Assembly (NCBI GenBank): GCA_964057225.1
Contig: OZ059894.1
Coordinates: 21,514,001 to 21,578,000 of the forward strand
Length of the DNA: 64,000 nt
Direction: 5' to 3'
Source: Auanema rhodensis
Taxonomy: Eukaryota; Animalia; Nematoda
Shown: positions 1-12,200 of the stretch, piece after piece
How positions within the stretch are numbered: position 1 is the stretch's first letter
Layout: every line of letters starts with the position of its first letter
Program-made: the position numbers and the translations under genes
The notes under the pieces: model-generated
Told to the model about the DNA's origin: nothing
Database searches by the model: none
The model's input: only the letters and a program-made list of their open reading frames with translations

Positions 1-203
1 CGTTTGAAAAATGATGCATTAGTGTATGTTGAGTTTCCATGTACACTCAACATTGCTTCCAAAAACATTTTGACAAAAATTTTTTCGAGAAATTTCAAAA
101 TAATTTAGCAAAAAGTAGATGTTTTTAGATTCCTTTTTTCAAGGCAAAGACGATGGACAATGTTATTCAACGAAAAAATTAATTCTTCAGGGTGAAAATC
201 GAG

Positions 204-225
204 GATATAAGTGTGAACTTATATC
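204..225. other. Perfect 9-bp inverted repeat with 4-nt loop, present in nearly every monomer (copy 1 coordinates)
   Basis: GATATAAGT-GTGA-ACTTATATC. Confidence 0.9.
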
Positions 226-242
226 AGTTGATATCTCGGTGC

Positions 243-293
243 ATTTTTAAGCTAGCGCAAATCTGATAACACAGATCGACGCAGCTTAAAAAT
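243..293. other. 51-nt imperfect hairpin in the monomer (copy 1 coordinates)
   Basis: ATTTTTAAGCT (243-253) pairs with AGCTTAAAAAT (283-293), GCG (255-257) with CGC (280-282), and ATCTG (261-265) with CAGAT (272-276), leaving a 6-nt loop. Confidence 0.85.
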
Positions 294-3200
294 CCGCATC
301 GAATGCACTATACTACATTGAGAAACGCTTAATACAAAAATTAGTTATGATCGTTTGAAAAATGATGCATTAGTGTATGTTGAGTTTCCATGTACACTCA
401 ACATTGCTTCCAAAAACATTTTGACAAAAATTTTTTCGAAAAATTTCAAAATAATTTAGCAAAAAGTAGATGTTTTTAGATTCCTTTTTTCAAGGCAAAG
501 ACGATAGACAATGTTATTCAACGAAAAAATTAATTCTTCAGGGTGAAAATCGAGGATATAAGTGTGAACTTATATCAGTTGATATCTCGGTGCATTTTTA
601 AGCTAGCGCAAATCTGATAACACAGATCGACGCAGCTTAAAAATCCGCATCGAATGCACTATACTACATTGAGAAACGCTTAATACAAAAATTAGTTATG
701 ATCGTTTGAAAAATGATGCATTAGTGTATGTTGAGTTTCCATGTACACTCAACATTGCTTCCAAAAACATTTTGACAAAAATTTTTTCGAAAAATTTCAA
801 AATAATTTAGCAAAAAGTAGATGTTTTTAGATTCCTTCTTTTCAAGGCAAAGACGATAGACAATGTTATTCAACGAAAAAATTAGTTCTTCAGGGTGAAA
901 ATCGAGGATATAAGTGTGAACTTATATCAGTTGATATCTCGGTGCATTTTTAAGCTAGCGCAAATCTGATAACACATATCGACGCAGCTTAAAAATCCGC
1001 ATCGAATGCACTATACTACATTGAGAAACGCTTAATACAAAAATTAGTTATGATCGTTTGAAAAATGATGCATTAGTGTATGTTGAGTTTCCATGTACAC
1101 TCAACATTGCTTCCAAAAACATTTTGACAAAAATTTTTTTGAAAAATTTCAAAATAATTTAGCAAAAAGTAGATGTTTTTAGATTCCTTTTTTCAAGGCA
1201 AAGACGATGGACAATGTTATTCAACGAAAAAATTAATTCTTCAGGGTGAAAATCGAGGATATAAGTGTGAACTTATATCAGTTGATATCTCGGTGCATTT
1301 TTAAGCTAGCGCAAATCTGATAACACAGAACGACGCAGCTTAAAAATCCGCATCGAATGCACTATACTACATTGAGAAACGCTTAATACAAAAATTAGTT
1401 ATGATCGTTTGAAAAATGATGCATTAGTGTATGTTGAGTTTCCATGTACACTCAACATTGCTTCCAAAAACATTTTGACAAAAATTTTTTCGAGAAATTT
1501 CAAAATAATTTAGCAAAAAGTAGATGTTTTTAGATTCCTTTTTTCAAGGCAAAGACGATGGACAATGTTATTCAACGAAAAAATTAATTCTTCAGGGTGA
1601 AAATCGAGGATATAAGTGTGAACTTATATCAGTTGATATCTCGGTGCATTTTTAAGCTAGCGCAAATCTGATAACACAGATCGACGCAGCTTAAAAATCC
1701 GCATCGAATGCACTATACTACATTGAGAAACGCTTAATACAAAAATTAGTTATGATCGTTTGAAAAATGATGCATTAGTGTATGTTGAGTTTCCATGTAC
1801 ACTCAACATTGCTTCCAAAAACATTTTGACAAAAATTTTTTCGAAAAATTTCGAAATAATTTAGCAAAAAGTAGATGTTTTTAGATTCCATTTTTCAAGG
1901 CAAAGACGATGGACAATGTTATTCAACGAAAAAATTAATTCTTCAGGGTGAAAATCGAGGATATAAGTGTGAACTTATATCAGTTGATATCTCGGTGCAT
2001 TTTTAAGCTAGCGCAAATCTGATAACACAGATCGACGCAGCTTAAAAATCCGCATCGAATGCACTATACTACATTGAGAAACGCTTAATACAAAAATTAG
2101 TTATGATCGTTTGAAAAATGATGCATTAGTGTATGTTGAGTTTCCATGTACACTCAACATTGCTTCCAAAAACATTTTGACAAAAATTTTTTCGAAAAAT
2201 TTCAAAATAATTTAGCAAAAAGTAGATGTTTTTAGATTCCTTTTTTCAAGGCAAAGACGATAGACAATGTTATTCAACGAAAAAATTAATTCTTCAGGGT
2301 GAAAATCGAGGATATAAGTGTGAACTTATATCAGTTGATATCTCGGTGCATTTTTAAGCTAGCGCAAATCTGATAACACAGAACGACGCAGCTTAAAAAT
2401 CCGCATCGAATGCATTATACTACATTGAGAAACGCTTAATACAAAAATTAGTTATGATCGTTTGAAAAATGATGCATTAGTGTATGTTGAGTTTCCATGT
2501 ACACTCAACATTGCTTCCAAAAACATTTTGACAAAAATTTTTTCGAAAAATTTCAAAATAATTTAGCAAAAAGTAGATGTTTTTAGATTCCTTTTTTCAA
2601 GGCAAAGACGATAGACAATGTTATTCAACGAAAAAATTAATTCTTCAGGGTGAAAATCGAGGATATAAGTGTGAACTTATATCAGTTGATATCTCGGTGC
2701 ATTTTTAAGCTAGCGCCAATCTGATAACACAGAACGACGCAGCTTAAAAATTCGCATCGAATGCACTATACTACATTGAAAAACGCTTAATACAAAAATT
2801 AGTTATGATCGTTTGAAAAATGATGCATTAGTGTATGTTGAGTTTCCATGTACACTCAACATTGCTTCCAAAAACATTTTGACAAAAATTTTTTCGAAAA
2901 ATTTCAAAATAATTTAGCAAAAAGTAGATGTTTTTAGATTCCTTTTTTCAAGGCAAAGACGATAGACAATGTTATTCAACGAAAAAATTAATTCTTCAGG
3001 GTGAAAATCGAGGATATAAGTGTGAACTTATATCAGTTGATATCTCGGTGCATTTTTAAGCTAGCGCAAATCTGATAACACAGATCGACGCAGCTTAAAA
3101 ATCCGCATCGAATGCACTATACTACATTGAGAAACGCTTAATACAAAAATTAGTTATGATCGTTTGAAAAATGATGCATTAGTGTATGTTGAGTTTCCAT

Positions 3201-6200
3201 GTACACTCAACATTGCTTCCAAAAACATTTTGACAAAAATTTTTTCGAAAAATTTCAAAATAATTTAGCAAAAAGTAGATGTTTTTAGATTCCTTTTTTC
3301 AAGGCAAAGACGATGGACATTGTTATTCAACGAAAAAATTAATTCTTCAGGGTGAAAATCGAGGATATAAGTGTGAACTTATATCAGTTGATATCTCGGT
3401 GCATTTTTAAGCTAGCGCAAATCTGATAACACAGAACGACGCAGCTTAAAAATTCGCATCGAATGCACTATACTACATTGAAAAACGCTTAATACAAAAA
3501 TTAGTTATGATCGTTTGAAAAATGATGCATTAGTGTATGTTGAGTTTCCATGTACACTCAACATTGCTTCCAAAAACATTTTGACAAAAATTTTTTCGAG
3601 AAATTTCAAAATAATTTAGCAAAAAGTAGATGTTTTTAGATTCCTTTTTTCAAGGCAAAGACGATGGACAATGTTATTCAACGAAAAAATTAATTCTTCA
3701 GGGTGAAAATCGAGGATATAAGTGTGAACTTATATCAGTTGATATCTCGGTGCATTTTTAAGCTAGCGCAAATCTGATAACACAGATCGACGCAGCTTAA
3801 AAATCCGCATCGAATGCACTATACTACATTGAGAAACGCTTAATACAAAAATTAGTTATGATCGTTTGAAAAATGATGCATTAGTGTATGTTGAGTTTCC
3901 ATGTACACTCAACATTGCTTCCAAAAACATTTTGACAAAAATTTTTTCGAAAAATTTCAAAATAATTTAGCAAAAAGTAGATGTTTTTAGATTCCTTTTT
4001 TCAAGGCAAAGACGATAGACAATGTTATTCAACGAAAAAATTAATTCTTCAGGGTGAAAATCGAGGATATAAGTGTGAACTTATATCAGTTGATATCTCG
4101 GTGCATTTTTAAGCTAGCGCAAATCTGATAACACAGATCGACGCAGCTTAAAAATCCGCATCGAATGCACTATACTACATTGAGAAACGCTTAATACAAA
4201 AATTAGTTATGATCGTTTGAAAAATGATGCATTAGTGTATGTTGAGTTTCCATGTACACTCAACATTGCTTCCAAAAACATTTTGACAAAAATTTTTTCG
4301 AAAAATTTCAAAATAATTTAGCAAAAAGTAGATGTTTTTAGATTCCTTCTTTTCAAGGCAAAGACGATAGACAATGTTATTCAACGAAAAAATTAGTTCT
4401 TCAGGGTGAAAATCGAGGATATAAGTGTGAACTTATATCAGTTGATATCTCGGTGCATTTTTAAGCTAGCGCAAATCTGATAACACATATCGACGCAGCT
4501 TAAAAATCCGCATCGAATGCACTATACTACATTGAGAAACGCTTAATACAAAAATTAGTTATGATCGTTTGAAAAATGATGCATTAGTGTATGTTGAGTT
4601 TCCATGTACACTCAACATTGCTTCCAAAAACATTTTGACAAAAATTTTTTTGAAAAATTTCAAAATAATTTAGCAAAAAGTAGATGTTTTTAGATTCCTT
4701 TTTTCAAGGCAAAGACGATGGACAATGTTATTCAACGAAAAAATTAATTCTTCAGGGTGAAAATCGAGGATATAAGTGTGAACTTATATCAGTTGATATC
4801 TCGGTGCATTTTTAAGCTAGCGCAAATCTGATAACACAGAACGACGCAGCTTAAAAATCCGCATCGAATGCACTATACTACATTGAGAAACGCTTAATAC
4901 AAAAATTAGTTATGATCGTTTGAAAAATGATGCATTAGTGTATGTTGAGTTTCCATGTACACTCAACATTGCTTCCAAAAACATTTTGACAAAAATTTTT
5001 TCGAGAAATTTCAAAATAATTTAGCAAAAAGTAGATGTTTTTAGATTCCTTTTTTCAAGGCAAAGACGATGGACAATGTTATTCAACGAAAAAATTAATT
5101 CTTCAGGGTGAAAATCGAGGATATAAGTGTGAACTTATATCAGTTGATATCTCGGTGCATTTTTAAGCTAGCGCAAATCTGATAACACAGATCGACGCAG
5201 CTTAAAAATCCGCATCGAATGCACTATACTACATTGAGAAACGCTTAATACAGAAATTAGTTATGATCGTTTGAAAAATGATGCATTAGTGTATGTTGAG
5301 TTTCCATGTACACTCAACATTGCTTCCAAAAACATTTTGACAAAAATTTTTTCGAAAAATTTCGAAATAATTTAGCAAAAAGTAGATGTTTTTAGATTCC
5401 ATTTTTCAAGGCAAAGACGATGGACAATGTTATTCAACGAAAAAATTAATTCTTCAGGGTGAAAATCGAGGATATAAGTGTGAACTTATATCAGTTGATA
5501 TCTCGGTGCATTTTTAAGCTAGCGCAAATCTGATAACACAGATCGACGCAGCTTAAAAATCCGCATCGAATGCACTATACTACATTGAGAAACGCTTAAT
5601 ACAAAAATTAGTTATGATCGTTTGAAAAATGATGCATTAGTGTATGTTGAGTTTCCATGTACACTCAACATTGCTTCCAAAAACATTTTGACAAAAATTT
5701 TTTCGAAAAATTTCAAAATAATTTAGCAAAAAGTAGATGTTTTTAGATTCCTTTTTTCAAGGCAAAGACGATAGACAATGTTATTCAACGAAAAAATTAA
5801 TTCTTCAGGGTGAAAATCGAGGATATAAGTGTGAACTTATATCAGTTGATATCTCGGTGCATTTTTAAGCTAGCGCAAATCTGATAACACAGAACGACGC
5901 AGCTTAAAAATCCGCATCGAATGCATTATACTACATTGAGAAACGCTTAATACAAAAATTAGTTATGATCGTTTGAAAAATGATGCATTAGTGTATGTTG
6001 AGTTTCCATGTACACTCAACATTGCTTCCAAAAACATTTTGACAAAAATTTTTTCGAAAAATTTCAAAATAATTTAGCAAAAAGTAGATGTTTTTAGATT
6101 CCTTTTTTCAAGGCAAAGACGATAGACAATGTTATTCAACGAAAAAATTAATTCTTCAGGGTGAAAATCGAGGATATAAGTGTGAACTTATATCAGTTGA

Positions 6201-9200
6201 TATCTCGGTGCATTTTTAAGCTAGCGCCAATCTGATAACACAGAACGACGCAGCTTAAAAATTCGCATCGAATGCACTATACTACATTGAAAAACGCTTA
6301 ATACAAAAATTAGTTATGATCGTTTGAAAAATGATGCATTAGTGTATGTTGAGTTTCCATGTACACTCAACATTGCTTCCAAAAACATTTTGACAAAAAT
6401 TTTTTCGAAAAATTTCAAAATAATTTAGCAAAAAGTAGATGTTTTTAGATTCCTTTTTTCAAGGCAAAGACGATAGACAATGTTATTCAACGAAAAAATT
6501 AATTCTTCAGGGTGAAAATCGAGGATATAAGTGTGAACTTATATCAGTTGATATCTCGGTGCATTTTTAAGTTAGCGCAAATCTGATAACACAGATCGAC
6601 GCAGCTTAAAAATCCGCATCGAATGCACTATACTACATTGAGAAACGCTTAATACAAAAATTAGTTATGATCGTTTGAAAAATGATGCATTAGTGTATGT
6701 TGAGTTTCCATGTACACTCAACATTGCTTCCAAAAACATTTTGACAAAAATTTTTTCGAAAAATTTCAAAATAATTTAGCAAAAAGTAGATGTTTTTAGA
6801 TTCCTTTTTTCAAGGCAAAGACGATGGACATTGTTATTCAACGAAAAAATTAATTCTTCAGGGTGAAAATCGAGGATATAAGTGTGAACTTATATCAGTT
6901 GATATCTCGGTGCATTTTTAAGCTAGCGCAAATCTGATAACACAGAACGACGCAGCTTAAAAATTCGCATCGAATGCACTATACTACATTGAAAAACGCT
7001 TAATACAAAAATTAGTTATGATCGTTTGAAAAATGATGCATTAGTGTATGTTGAGTTTCCATGTACACTCAACATTGCTTCCAAAAACATTTTGACAAAA
7101 ATTTTTTCGAGAAATTTCAAAATAATTTAGCAAAAAGTAGATGTTTTTAGATTCCTTTTTTCAAGGCAAAGACGATGGACAATGTTATTCAACGAAAAAA
7201 TTAATTCTTCAGGGTGAAAATCGAGGATATAAGTGTGAACTTATATCAGTTGATATCTCGGTGCATTTTTAAGCTAGCGCAAATCTGATAACACAGATCG
7301 ACGCAGCTTAAAAATCCGCATCGAATGCACTATACTACATTGAGAAACGCTTAATACAAAAATTAGTTATGATCGTTTGAAAAATGATGCATTAGTGTAT
7401 GTTGAGTTTCCATGTACACTCAACATTGCTTCCAAAAACATTTTGACAAAAATTTTTTCGAAAAATTTCAAAATAATTTAGCAAAAAGTAGATGTTTTTA
7501 GATTCCTTTTTTCAAGGCAAAGACGATAGACAATGTTATTCAACGAAAAAATTAATTCTTCAGGGTGAAAATCGAGGATATAAGTGTGAACTTATATCAG
7601 TTGATATCTCGGTGCATTTTTAAGCTAGCGCAAATCTGATAACACAGATCGACGCAGCTTAAAAATCCGCATCGAATGCACTATACTACATTGAGAAACG
7701 CTTAATACAAAAATTAGTTATGATCGTTTGAAAAATGATGCATTAGTGTATGTTGAGTTTCCATGTACACTCAACATTGCTTCCAAAAACATTTTGACAA
7801 AAATTTTTTCGAAAAATTTCAAAATAATTTAGCAAAAAGTAGATGTTTTTAGATTCCTTCTTTTCAAGGCAAAGACGATAGACAATGTTATTCAACGAAA
7901 AAATTAGTTCTTCAGGGTGAAAATCGAGGATATAAGTGTGAACTTATATCAGTTGATATCTCGGTGCATTTTTAAGCTAGCGCAAATCTGATAACACATA
8001 TCGACGCAGCTTAAAAATCCGCATCGAATGCACTATACTACATTGAGAAACGCTTAATACAAAAATTAGTTATGATCGTTTGAAAAATGATGCATTAGTG
8101 TATGTTGAGTTTCCATGTACACTCAACATTGCTTCCAAAAACATTTTGACAAAAATTTTTTTGAAAAATTTCAAAATAATTTAGCAAAAAGTAGATGTTT
8201 TTAGATTCCTTTTTTCAAGGCAAAGACGATGGACAATGTTATTCAACGAAAAAATTAATTCTTCAGGGTGAAAATCGAGGATATAAGTGTGAACTTATAT
8301 CAGTTGATATCTCGGTGCATTTTTAAGCTAGCGCAAATCTGATAACACAGAACGACGCAGCTTAAAAATCCGCATCGAATGCACTATACTACATTGAGAA
8401 ACGCTTAATACAAAAATTAGTTATGATCGTTTGAAAAATGATGCATTAGTGTATGTTGAGTTTCCATGTACACTCAACATTGCTTCCAAAAACATTTTGA
8501 CAAAAATTTTTTCGAGAAATTTCAAAATAATTTAGCAAAAAGTAGATGTTTTTAGATTCCTTTTTTCAAGGCAAAGACGATGGACAATGTTATTCAACGA
8601 AAAAATTAATTCTTCAGGGTGAAAATCGAGGATATAAGTGTGAACTTATATCAGTTGATATCTCGGTGCATTTTTAAGCTAGCGCAAATCTGATAACACA
8701 GATCGACGCAGCTTAAAAATCCGCATCGAATGCACTATACTACATTGAGAAACGCTTAATACAGAAATTAGTTATGATCGTTTGAAAAATGATGCATTAG
8801 TGTATGTTGAGTTTCCATGTACACTCAACATTGCTTCCAAAAACATTTTGACAAAAATTTTTTCGAAAAATTTCGAAATAATTTAGCAAAAAGTAGATGT
8901 TTTTAGATTCCATTTTTCAAGGCAAAGACGATGGACAATGTTATTCAACGAAAAAATTAATTCTTCAGGGTGAAAATCGAGGATATAAGTGTGAACTTAT
9001 ATCAGTTGATATCTCGGTGCATTTTTAAGCTAGCGCAAATCTGATAACACAGATCGACGCAGCTTAAAAATCCGCATCGAATGCACTATACTACATTGAG
9101 AAACGCTTAATACAAAAATTAGTTATGATCGTTTGAAAAATGATGCATTAGTGTATGTTGAGTTTCCATGTACACTCAACATTGCTTCCAAAAACATTTT

Positions 9201-12200
9201 GACAAAAATTTTTTCGAAAAATTTCAAAATAATTTAGCAAAAAGTAGATGTTTTTAGATTCCTTTTTTCAAGGCAAAGACGATAGACAATGTTATTCAAC
9301 GAAAAAATTAATTCTTCAGGGTGAAAATCGAGGATATAAGTGTGAACTTATATCAGTTGATATCTCGGTGCATTTTTAAGCTAGCGCAAATCTGATAACA
9401 CAGAACGACGCAGCTTAAAAATCCGCATCGAATGCATTATACTACATTGAGAAACGCTTAATACAAAAATTAGTTATGATCGTTTGAAAAATGATGCATT
9501 AGTGTATGTTGAGTTTCCATGTACACTCAACATTGCTTCCAAAAACATTTTGACAAAAATTTTTTCGAAAAATTTCAAAATAATTTAGCAAAAAGTAGAT
9601 GTTTTTAAATTCCTTTTTTCAAGGCAAAGACGATAGACAATGTTATTCAACGAAAAAATTAATTCTTCAGGGTGAAAATCGAGGATATAAGTGTGAACTT
9701 ATATCAGTTGATATCTCGGTGCATTTTTAAGCTAGCGCAAATCTGATAACACAGATCGACGCAGCTTAAAAATCCGCATCGAATGCACTATACTACATTG
9801 AGAAACGCTTAATACAAAAATTAGTTATGATCGTTTGAAAAATGATGCATTAGTGTATGTTGAGTTTCCATGTACACTCAACATTGCTTCCAAAATCATT
9901 TTGACAAAAATTTTTTCGAAAAATTTCAAAATAATTTAGCAAAAAGTAGATGTTTTTAGATTCCTTCTTTTCAAGGCAAAGACGATAGACAATGTTATTC
10001 AACGAAAAAATTAATTCTTCAGGGTGAAAATCGAGGATATAAGTGTGAACTTATATCAGTTGATATCTCGGTGCATTTTTAAGCTAGCGCAAATCTGATA
10101 ACACATATCGACGCAGCTTAAAAATCCGCATCGAATGCACTATACTACATTGAGAAACGCTTAATACAAAAATTAGTTATGATCGTTTGAAAAATGATGC
10201 ATTAGTGTATGTTGAGTTTCCATGTACACTCAACATTGCTTCCAAAAACATTTTGACAAAAATTTTTTTGAAAAATTTCAAAATAATTTAGCAAAAAGTA
10301 GATGTTTTTAGATTCCTTTTTTCAAGGCAAAGACGATGGACAATGTTATTCAACGAAAAAATTAATTCTTCAGGGTGAAAATCGAGGATATAAGTGTGAA
10401 CTTATATCAGTTGATATCTCGGTGCATTTTTAAGCTAGCGCAAATCTGATAACACAGAACGACGCAGCTTAAAAATCCGCATCGAATGCACTATACTACA
10501 TTGAGAAACGCTTAATACAAAAATTAGTTATGATCGTTTGAAAAATGATGCATTAGTGTATGTTGAGTTTCCATGTACACTCAACATTGCTTCCAAAAAC
10601 ATTTTGACAAAAATTTTTTCGAGAAATTTCAAAATAATTTAGCAAAAAGTAGATGTTTTTAGATTCCTTTTTTCAAGGCAAAGACGATGGACAATGTTAT
10701 TCAACGAAAAAATTAATTCTTCAGGGTGAAAATCGAGGATATAAGTGTGAACTTATATCAGTTGATATCTCGGTGCATTTTTAAGCTAGCGCAAATCTGA
10801 TAACACAGATCGACGCAGCTTAAAAATCCGCATCGAATGCACTATACTACATTGAGAAACGCTTAATACAAAAATTAGTTATGATCGTTTGAAAAATGAT
10901 GCATTAGTGTATGTTGAGTTTCCATGTACACTCAACATTGCTTCCAAAAACATTTTGACAAAAATTTTTTCGAAAAATTTCGAAATAATTTAGCAAAAAG
11001 TAGATGTTTTTAGATTCCTTTTTTCAAGGCAAAGACGATGGACAATGTTATTCAACGAAAAAATTAATTCTTCAGGGTGAAAATCGAGGATATAAGTGTG
11101 AACTTATATCAGTTGATATCTCGGTGCATTTTCAAGCTAGCGCAAATCTGATAACACAGATCGACGCAGCTTAAAAATCCGCATCGAATGCACTATACTA
11201 CATTGAGAAACGCTCAATACAAAAATTAGTTATGATTGTTTGAAAAATGATGCATTAGTGTATGTTGAGTTTCCATGTACACTCAACATTGCTTCCAAAA
11301 ACATTTTGACAAAAATTTTTTCGAGAAATTTCAAAATAATTTAGCAAAAAGTAGATGTTTTTAGATTCCTTTTTTCAAGGCAAAGACGATGGACAATGTT
11401 ATTCAACGAAAAAATTAATTCTTCAGGGTGAAAATCGAGGATATAAGTGTGAAGTTATATCAGTTGATATCTCGGTGCATTTTTAAGCTAGCGCAAATCT
11501 GATAACACAGAACGACGCAGCTTAAAAATTTGCATCGAATGCACTATACTACATTGAAAAACGCTTAATACAAAAATTAGTTATGATCGTTTGAAAAATG
11601 ATGCATTAGTGTATGTTGAGTTTCCATGTACACTCAACATTGCTTCCAAAAACATTTTGACAAAAATTTTTTCGAAAAATTTCGAAATAATTTAGCAAAA
11701 AGTAGATGTTTTTAGATTCCATTTTTCAAGGCAAAGACGATGGACAATGTTATTCAACGAAAAAATTAATTCTTCAGGGTGAAAATCGAGGATATAAGTG
11801 TGAACTTATATCAGTTGATATCTCGGTGCATTTTTAAGCTAGCGCAAATCTGATAACACAGATCGACGCAGCTTAAAAATCCGCATCGAATGCACTATAC
11901 TACATTGAGAAACGCTCAATACAAAAATTAGTTATGATCGTTTGAAAAATGATGCATTAGTGTATGTTGAGTTTCCATGTACACTCAACATTGCTTCCAA
12001 AAACATTTTGACAAAAATTTTTTCGAAAAATTTCAAAATAATTTAGCAAAAAGTAGATGTTTTTAGATTCCTTTTTTCAAGGCAAAGACGATGGACAATG
12101 TTATTCAACGAAAAAATTAATTCTTCAGGGTGAAAATCGAGGATATAAGTGTGAACTTATATCAGTTGATATCTCGGTGCATTTTTAAGCTAGCGCAAAT

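Larger units (their letters stand above)
1..9480 (+). repeat. 10-monomer higher-order repeat, 3511 bp, 2.7 copies (1-3511, 3512-7022, 7023-9480)
   Basis: The inserted C occurs at 838/4349/7860 (spacing 3511). The GCATTAT and TTTTTTTG variants recur in the same phase in all three copies, and GCGCCAAT and GACATT in the two full copies. The pattern breaks at monomer 28 (9481). Confidence 0.92.

Noticed and set aside
5-243. Monomer as an ancient dimer (TGAAAAATGATGCATTAGTGT at 5-25 vs TGAAAATCGAGGATATAAGTGT at 193-214)
   Set aside because: The similarity is short, gapped and AT-rich, and does not extend convincingly. It would need a shuffled self-alignment test.
1-351. Assignment to a named satellite (Drosophila 1.688/359-bp, tenebrionid 340-360-bp satellites, alpha satellite)
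   Set aside because: Only length and AT-richness are similar, and I cannot recognise sequence identity. No canonical CENP-B box (TTCG....A..CGGG) was seen.
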